DNA of 64,000 nt from Nitrosopumilus sp. (GTDB lineage Archaea; Thermoproteota; Nitrososphaeria; Nitrososphaerales; Nitrosopumilaceae), in NCBI GenBank assembly GCA_965206745.1, contig OZ242220.1, positions 800,001 through 864,000 on the forward strand, given 5' to 3'. Below are positions 58,097-64,000 of this stretch, piece after piece. The notes under the pieces were generated by a model. It was not told the origin of the DNA and did no database searches. It saw only the letters and a program-made list of their open reading frames with translations. The stretch's first letter is position 1; each line of letters opens with the position of its first letter. The translations under genes were made by a program, and so were the position numbers.

Positions 58097-58282
58097 ATGA
58101 CAGGAGAGACTGGATCAAAAATTCAAGATTCTGGCATCTCTGTTGCTGAACTGATCTCCCATTTCAGAGAAAAATGCAAAGTCTGTGGCCATCATCGCAT
58201 AATGCACAATGAACTAGGCGCATGTGAAGGCGTGATGAACAAACCATGCACTTCTGGCTGTGATCTGTTTGAAGCAGAATAA
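58097..58282 (+). CDS. small Cys/His-rich hypothetical protein
   Basis: CKVCGHHRIMH...C...PCTSGCDLF. Confidence 0.6.
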   Translation: MTGETGSKIQDSGISVAELISHFREKCKVCGHHRIMHNELGACEGVMNKPCTSGCDLFEAE

Positions 58283-58327
58283 ACGGGATTTCTAATTCTT
58301 TAATAGGATATTTCCTGTAATCTCTTT

Positions 58328-58975
58328 ATGGGTTATGAGCATGATGGGGAAAAAATCTATCCCTTGGGATATGAGCCACAAGAAGTCCCTGATGCCCCTG
58401 ATCATGATGTAAGAAATCACCTGTTGGATTTTATCTTAAAATCCGGACCTACCGAAGTAGTAGACACTGATCTGTTTGCCGTAATGGCAAAACGACGCTC
58501 GACGAGAAAATTTTCAGACAAGCCTGTTGAAACTACGAAAATAGACAAGATAATTGCGGCAGCTGACACTGCTCCAACTGCCGGCAACTTTCAAGGATTT
58601 GAGATATTCTATGTGAAAAATCCTGAAAAGAAAAAACTCCTAGCTCAAGCCTGCAACAAACAGCCTTATGTTGATGCCCCCGTGGTTTTTGTCTTTTGCA
58701 AAAATCCCTCCAGAGTAAAGTTTGATTTTCCCGATTATATTCTGAAAAAATTTGCCATACAGGATGCCACCCTTGCTGCCGGATATTCCCAGCTTGCAGC
58801 CCAAGCTTTGGGATTAAGTTCGATTTGGATTGGGATGTTCGATGAGCAAAAAGTGATGGATGTAATTGGCACTGAGTTGGTACCGTCATCTGTCCTGTGC
58901 ATTGGATATCCAAAACAAACCAAATTCCCAAAACCAAGACGAAACCTCAAGGATCTGGTGCATGTGACTTGGTAA
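58328..58975 (+). CDS. nitroreductase family protein
   Basis: RRSTRKF, APTAGNFQ, ALGLSSIWIG, IGYP. Confidence 0.9.
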   Translation: MGYEHDGEKIYPLGYEPQEVPDAPDHDVRNHLLDFILKSGPTEVVDTDLFAVMAKRRSTRKFSDKPVETTKIDKIIAAADTAPTAGNFQGFEIFYVKNPEKKKLLAQACNKQPYVDAPVVFVFCKNPSRVKFDFPDYILKKFAIQDATLAAGYSQLAAQALGLSSIWIGMFDEQKVMDVIGTELVPSSVLCIGYPKQTKFPKPRRNLKDLVHVTW

Positions 58976-59027
58976 GCTTTGCCTAAAATCACCCATCTTT
59001 AAATAATGATGGATTATTGTCTAGTTC

Positions 59028-59261
59028 ATGACAGACGCATATGTGATGCTAAATTGCGAGCTTGGTGCTGAGACTGTGATAATAGAGCAACTCAAAGAAC
59101 TTGAGCAGGTAGTTGATGTCTTTGAAACCATTGGCACCCATGACATGATGGTCAAATTACAGGCAGAAAATTTTGAAAAGGTTCGCGAGATCGTATCCTG
59201 GAATATTCAAAAACTAAAGAATGTCCGCTCTACTGCCACCTTGATAAAAAAAGATAATTAA
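59028..59261 (+). CDS. stand-alone Lrp/AsnC ligand-binding (RAM) domain protein
   Basis: AYVMLNCELG, GTHDMMVK, VRSTATLI. Confidence 0.85.
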   Translation: MTDAYVMLNCELGAETVIIEQLKELEQVVDVFETIGTHDMMVKLQAENFEKVREIVSWNIQKLKNVRSTATLIKKDN

Positions 59262-59283
59262 GATTACCATCCTAGTAATTGAT

Positions 59284-59460
59284 ATGGATGATGAGAAAAA
59301 TGAGATAGACAGATTAATCGATAACATGATCTCCGGTGGCGATGAATTGGTAGATAATCTCAAATCCGTATTGCCAAATTCACTGTCTGAGTCAATGGTG
59401 ATGTTTCATGAGTCACATGTTGCCAATCTCAAAAAGATTAAGGAATTTTTAAATAAATAA
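59284..59460 (+). CDS. 58-aa helical hypothetical protein
   Basis: Manual translation MDDEKNEIDRLIDNMISGGDELVDNLKSVLPNSLSESMVMFHESHVANLKKIKEFLNK; below the ORF-track cutoff. Confidence 0.6.
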   Translation: MDDEKNEIDRLIDNMISGGDELVDNLKSVLPNSLSESMVMFHESHVANLKKIKEFLNK

Positions 59461-59516
59461 ACTGGTGCCTAGAATTACTACTATACCCTTTTTAATCATT
59501 ATACCGGATCAATATT

Positions 59517-59897
59517 ATGAGCAGATCCAGAACCATCTCCATTACCGTCGAAAAGAAAACCGGGGACGCATTTGACGCAATTTTGAACATGCCTCCAAAG
59601 ATGATGCCTGATGCCAAAATCAACGATTCTGGCTGGTGGTCATTTACCGGACCCCATGGAAAGTCCCTGCTAAAATTTAACGAGAACAAGTCTCTTGGAA
59701 TTTTGGATCACCAATATGTCGATGAAGAATCAAAATGGGACGTGCCGATGAGAGTCGTACCAAATGGAGACGTCTCTGAAGTCATCATCACGTTAAACAA
59801 GCCAGATGAGCTAACTGACGAGCAATTTGATCATAGGATGGAGGAGATTGGGGAGATGTTCAATTCGATGAAAAATATCCTCGAGTCTGAATGCTAG
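59517..59897 (+). CDS. SRPBCC/START-like fold protein
   Basis: SRTISITVE, GILDHQY, VPMRVVPNG, C-terminal helix. Confidence 0.7.
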   Translation: MSRSRTISITVEKKTGDAFDAILNMPPKMMPDAKINDSGWWSFTGPHGKSLLKFNENKSLGILDHQYVDEESKWDVPMRVVPNGDVSEVIITLNKPDELTDEQFDHRMEEIGEMFNSMKNILESEC

Positions 59898-60062
59898 AGC
59901 ACTCTTGTTTCCTCTTGGACTAGTACAAATCGTTCTTTAAGCTTAAATGTAAATTCTACAACGGTATATTGAGAAAAAAATGCCATATGAAGAAGTATAC
60001 TATCAGAGATTAGAAGAAGAGCATCCCGAGGATTATGCAAAACTAAAATCCAAAAAACAAGG

Positions 60063-60434
60063 TTAATCCTTTTCTGTATTATCAGAATTATCGTTTTGAT
60101 TGTTTCCTGGTCCTACCATGTCTTCTGGTCTGACTTTGTTGTCCCAGTCGCCTCTGGTACCTTTGATCAGAGAGATAACCCCTGCCGCAATGAGTCCTAC
60201 GACTGCTCCGAAGAACACTGTCTGATCAAATATCTTAAACGAACAATTGATCTCGACTGGCGGAGTCGGGAGATCACCATTTCTGATCAGAACCTCGTCT
60301 GAATATTCATAGCAAGTTCCAAATTCGTTTGCTTCAATGGTGCCTGCTTGATAATGATGGCCAAACCCGCTCAGAATGATAAACCCTGCAAATACTAGGA
60401 CAATACCTGCAATGATAAATCTCATATCACTCAT
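60063..60434 (-). CDS. two-TM membrane protein with a Cys-pair loop
   Basis: Two hydrophobic helices flanking a loop with two Cys. Confidence 0.65.
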   Translation of the reverse strand: MSDMRFIIAGIVLVFAGFIILSGFGHHYQAGTIEANEFGTCYEYSDEVLIRNGDLPTPPVEINCSFKIFDQTVFFGAVVGLIAAGVISLIKGTRGDWDNKVRPEDMVGPGNNQNDNSDNTEKD

Positions 60435-60487
60435 GATCTTTTTGCCTGTTTGTCGTATTTACATTTTGACTTTGAGGAATGCTAGTG

Positions 60488-60940
60488 TCACCTCTCAAGT
60501 GATGCCTTGAGGTTCTCAAGTGATGCCTCATAAAATGCAGCCATAAACACTATAAAGTCCAGAAATTCTTTCTCGGGGATCTTTTCACTATTAAGATACG
60601 ACTGCCATGTTAACTCGACCAGATTTTTGGATCTTGCCCTGATTGAGATAGTTGCAACATATGCTCTTAATGGCAGACCTTCGGTCGCAATATATGTGAA
60701 ATACTCTCCACTCTTCCATGCAACAACGTGCTCCTCAATCTCATTTCCATCTTCAAATGTAATCAGTCTGATGGCACCCACGCCCTTTTTCTTCTTTGAT
60801 AGGTAAACTGTTCTTTTAACATCTACTACCCACGTAGGCAGTCCTGCAATATTGCTGATCTTTCTCCAAACTCTGTCTTTTGATGCCCTGATCTTGATGG
60901 TTTTCTTGACGGTTCCAGTATGAAATGACTTTTTTGCCAA
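60488..60940 (-). CDS. SRPBCC family protein (polyketide cyclase-like)
   Basis: ASKDRVW, LPTWV, GVGAIR, LENLKASLE. Confidence 0.82.
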   Translation of the reverse strand: MAKKSFHTGTVKKTIKIRASKDRVWRKISNIAGLPTWVVDVKRTVYLSKKKKGVGAIRLITFEDGNEIEEHVVAWKSGEYFTYIATEGLPLRAYVATISIRARSKNLVELTWQSYLNSEKIPEKEFLDFIVFMAAFYEASLENLKASLER

Positions 60941-61017
60941 TGATATCTTGAGGAGATTGCCGAACTTTAACTTTTATTCGAACAATATTTTTAATGCCCC
61001 GAGGACAAATATATCAA

Positions 61018-62298
61018 ATGGTCTTTGGATGGGGAAGAAAGAAACACGAAGAAACACCTGCTGAGGGAATCCTCCAAAATAAAGAGATCTCACTTGCAGA
61101 TGTCCCTAAAATCATAACTGATCTTGATGCGGTGAGAAAATCCCAAACATTGGCTGATGTCAATAATCTTAGAAATGAGACTGAACCTTTCATTGAGGAA
61201 CTGATGAAAATAGGACACCTTCTTGAAAAAGACAACCTCAACGTCGATGACGCTGACAAGCATATTGCAATCATTGTTGTTCGGGGCAAAAAACAAGTTA
61301 TTGACATGATCAAAAAGGACGTTGTCTCATTGCCCAAAGTATCCTCCCTTCATGATGCTGAAAAACTAAACTCCGTGCTGAATCTCATTCTTAAAAAAGT
61401 CGGTGACGTTTTGGGACGTCAAACCAGAGTCATTCATATTTTTGCCAAAAAGTATGCCGCGCAATTAAAAGAGAACCTTGCCGTGATGAACTCCAATCAC
61501 TCTGAAATCAGCAGGCTGCTGAAAAATTATCATTCTGCAAAATCGCTCTCCGAAGAGATACTTGATGCGATTAGCCGGATCAAAAATCTAAGAGAGATGC
61601 GAGAAAAAAAATCCCGCAAAATTGACGAGATTACAAAAAACACAATTACAATAAATGAAAAGATAGCCTCATCCCAAAACAGCATAAATGGGATAAGATC
61701 TTCTGATGATTACAAAAAACACCAAAATCTAAAAAAGACTCTTGATGAATTTGTCAATGAGAGATCAAAGATCAAAGATCAGATTAACATGCAATTTACA
61801 AAGATTTCCCGCCCTCTGAGCAGATACGAATATGCTTCCTCATTGGACAAGGATCAAAAAAATATTTTATCAAACTTGGTTTCCGAACCCTTTGGTGTAT
61901 TGACTTTTGCAAATAAGGACTCGATTATCATCATACTTGAAAATATACGTAAGGGGATCACCTCTGGCGCCATTTCTGTAAAAGATATTGCAAAGACATC
62001 TTCTCAGATAACTGAGACCGTAGAATCACTGGACGGATTCATACAGCAAATTTCCAAATATCATAAAAAATATCAGCAGATGCAAGATGATCTTGATTCT
62101 CTAATGCCCAAAGAGTTGATTTCTTTGGAAAATGCTCTTGCAAAAAATCTCTCCACAATTGATGAATCCCAATCAAAGTCTGAAACTATTCGGGGCGAGA
62201 TAGGTGAAATTGATTCGGAGATACCCAAACTGATATCTGAAATTGAGCAAAAACTGAGGCAATTCTCCAATACCCGATACACTATCTTGACATCTTAA
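61018..62298 (+). CDS. long coiled-coil protein with MVFGWGRKK N-terminus
   Basis: Heptad-rich 426-aa ORF with no Walker motifs. Confidence 0.75.
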   Translation: MVFGWGRKKHEETPAEGILQNKEISLADVPKIITDLDAVRKSQTLADVNNLRNETEPFIEELMKIGHLLEKDNLNVDDADKHIAIIVVRGKKQVIDMIKKDVVSLPKVSSLHDAEKLNSVLNLILKKVGDVLGRQTRVIHIFAKKYAAQLKENLAVMNSNHSEISRLLKNYHSAKSLSEEILDAISRIKNLREMREKKSRKIDEITKNTITINEKIASSQNSINGIRSSDDYKKHQNLKKTLDEFVNERSKIKDQINMQFTKISRPLSRYEYASSLDKDQKNILSNLVSEPFGVLTFANKDSIIIILENIRKGITSGAISVKDIAKTSSQITETVESLDGFIQQISKYHKKYQQMQDDLDSLMPKELISLENALAKNLSTIDESQSKSETIRGEIGEIDSEIPKLISEIEQKLRQFSNTRYTILTS

Positions 62299-62327
62299 AA
62301 TTAATAGTTCCATGTCGGAGATTCTGT

Positions 62328-62726
62328 ATGCTATTTAAAAAGAAAAAATTTGAGCGGAGTGTTTTGCTAAAAAAACAGGTTCTTGACAGCATACTGTCCT
62401 TCTGCCAAATGAAGCATCCAAATGAGGGAATCCTAATTTTAAAAGGAAAGTCAAAGAATGGCCAGATAAAAGTAGACGGATTGGTAATTCCGCCATTTAG
62501 TGAAACTGGGCCTACTTTTGCAGGATTCCCCCATTCGTTTCTGCCCTTTGACATGAGTTATGTGGGGATCGTGCATTCTCATCCTAGCGGTTCAGCAGAG
62601 CCTTCTGTTACGGACTTGCATAACTTTTTTGGATTGGTTTCAATGATTGTAAAATCCCCCTACGATGATGATTCCATCTTTGCGTGGGACAGCAATGGAA
62701 ATGCCATTCCGCTTTTCATCGAGTGA
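62328..62726 (+). CDS. JAB1/MPN/Mov34 (JAMM) metallo-isopeptidase
   Basis: HPNE (catalytic Glu) and HSHPSGSAEPSVTD (HxH-x7-S-x2-D). Confidence 0.88.
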   Translation: MLFKKKKFERSVLLKKQVLDSILSFCQMKHPNEGILILKGKSKNGQIKVDGLVIPPFSETGPTFAGFPHSFLPFDMSYVGIVHSHPSGSAEPSVTDLHNFFGLVSMIVKSPYDDDSIFAWDSNGNAIPLFIE

Positions 62727-62803
62727 TTTTGCAAAATTCCTGCCAACTAGCCTAAAAAAACTGAAAAAACTTTATATCCGTTTCAAGGATACTTTTTAGT
62801 GAA

Positions 62804-63151
62804 TTGAATCCACAGCTTAAACGATATTATATTTTTCTAGGTGCCTCTCTGGTATTTAGCATTGGATTGCAGATAGGACTTGGATATCTTGGGGTTCCAT
62901 GGTATATCAGCATAGGGGCAGTAATGGCAATCTTCATCTTACTTCCCATGATTATGCGTAGAAGACAGATGCGCAGTATGGGTAATTATGGCGGTAACTC
63001 GGGAGGTAACTCTGGAGGCGGCGGATTCTTTGGCATGGGCTCGCAAGGAGGTTCTACTGGAATTCGATACGTTTGTCTTGTTTGCAGCAGCAAGCACAAA
63101 GGCGGAACTTGTCCGCGTTGTGGCTCCAAAATGCAGAGAGCCGACTTTTAG
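62804..63151 (+). CDS. two-TM protein with Gly-rich linker and C-terminal C4 zinc ribbon
   Basis: 2 TM, MRRR, GGNSGGNSGGGG, CLVC...CPRCGS. Confidence 0.75.
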   Translation: MNPQLKRYYIFLGASLVFSIGLQIGLGYLGVPWYISIGAVMAIFILLPMIMRRRQMRSMGNYGGNSGGNSGGGGFFGMGSQGGSTGIRYVCLVCSSKHKGGTCPRCGSKMQRADF

Positions 63152-63161
63152 TTGATGAAAA

Positions 63162-63479
63162 ATGGCATTGGAAGAATTAAGAAAGAAGGTTTTGTATCAA
63201 AACTCCATTGAGGTATGGATTGAGATAAGCAAGGAGAAAAGCCTAGACTGGGTTGATACTGACAGTTACCAAAAGTTCATTGCCTTTCTTCTGAAAAACA
63301 ACCAAAACATGAAACAAATATCAATATGTTTTGACGAGTCCGACAAGGCATCTGACGGCGGTCACAGCAAAAAAGTATTTGCAAACAAACTGGCAGCAAT
63401 CAATAACGAAAACTCGTCATGCTACTCAATAAAATTAAACGACGGTGCCATCGAGTTAATTCGAAAGTTTGCCCTCTAG
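63162..63479 (+). CDS. hypothetical protein
   Basis: 105-aa ORF 10 nt downstream of the previous gene. Confidence 0.65.
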   Translation: MALEELRKKVLYQNSIEVWIEISKEKSLDWVDTDSYQKFIAFLLKNNQNMKQISICFDESDKASDGGHSKKVFANKLAAINNENSSCYSIKLNDGAIELIRKFAL

Positions 63480-63484
63480 TTTTA

Positions 63485-64000
63485 TTACCGCTTTAGCTTT
63501 GGATTGACAATTGCATCAAGTGCGTTTCCTATAAAGACAAAAGCCAAACCCGTAATGGCTATCATCACTCCGGGCGGCATAATCCACCACCACATTCCTC
63601 TGGCTGCTGCGCCAAACGTATTTGCATCATGCAAAATCTGACCCCATGTGGGAAATGACGGATCTCCCAATCCCAGAAAACTCAGACCTGCCTCTGTGGT
63701 GATTGCAGCTGGAACTGAAATTGCAATGCTTGCAAAAGCGTATGGCAATAATTGCGGAACTATGTGCTTGAGTATGATTTTGGAATCTTTCTGACCCATC
63801 ATGTTTGCGGCATCCACATAGCCTCTGGTTTTGATCTGGAGCGACATGCTTCTTGCAACCTTTGCGATACCTACCCATCCAAAAATCATCAAAAATCCGA
63901 CCATCACAAATATGCTATTACTGATTGTCACCGAGAGGATGATCAGAAATGGCAGCGCTGGCAATGCGTAGATCACGTCGTTGAACCTCATCATGGATTC
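63485..64000 (-). CDS. oligopeptide ABC transporter permease (OppC/DppC-like), 3' part
   Basis: YVDAANMMG (EAA loop), HIVP, EAGLSFLGLG, WGQIL, PPG; the start lies beyond the window. Confidence 0.9.
   Translation of the reverse strand, partial: ESMMRFNDVIYALPALPFLIILSVTISNSIFVMVGFLMIFGWVGIAKVARSMSLQIKTRGYVDAANMMGQKDSKIILKHIVPQLLPYAFASIAISVPAAITTEAGLSFLGLGDPSFPTWGQILHDANTFGAAARGMWWWIMPPGVMIAITGLAFVFIGNALDAIVNPKLKR

Noticed and set aside
61018-62298. Coiled-coil protein as SbcC/Rad50
   Set aside because: No Walker A/B, signature motif or zinc-hook CxxC.
57420-64000. Intact integrative element downstream of the tRNA
   Set aside because: No integrase, no att duplication seen, and downstream genes look like ordinary thaumarchaeal genes.

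Overview
This is core chromosome of an ammonia-oxidising archaeon (Nitrosopumilaceae, Nitrosopumilus-like). The assignment is inferred from the thaumarchaeosortase, stand-alone cdvA, cofE, dys, fen, Alba, proteasome genes and leaderless TATA-proximal starts. The window holds about 70 CDS, mostly housekeeping (smc, dinB, proS, argS, thyX, fen, acs, trmI, hom), one tRNA-Ser(CGA) followed by an IS66 transposase fragment, and several 300-1400 bp spacers containing broken reading frames. No CRISPR array, rRNA, provirus or defence system was seen. Five things stand out. (1) A locus at 32.8-36.4 kb encodes a TPR plus winged-helix-like protein, a divergent collagen-like protein with 120 uninterrupted Gly-X-Y triplets and no visible export signal, and a 140-aa histone-H1-tail/Hc2-like protein (69 K+R, no D/E). 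(2) An Alba protein carries 21 copies of an 18-bp PEPEPT repeat. (3) A 15-kb sulfur neighbourhood contains egtD/egtB, tusA-cysteine synthase, trxB, a Cys-type thi4 and sulfite reductase-rhodanese. (4) A cluster of small, mostly metal-binding proteins includes an uncalled 45-aa Cys/His protein, and three adjacent genes share a near-identical promoter element. (5) CdvA has a long Pro/Glu tail ending in a short helical motif. All functional calls come from motifs recognised by eye; no database searches were run.
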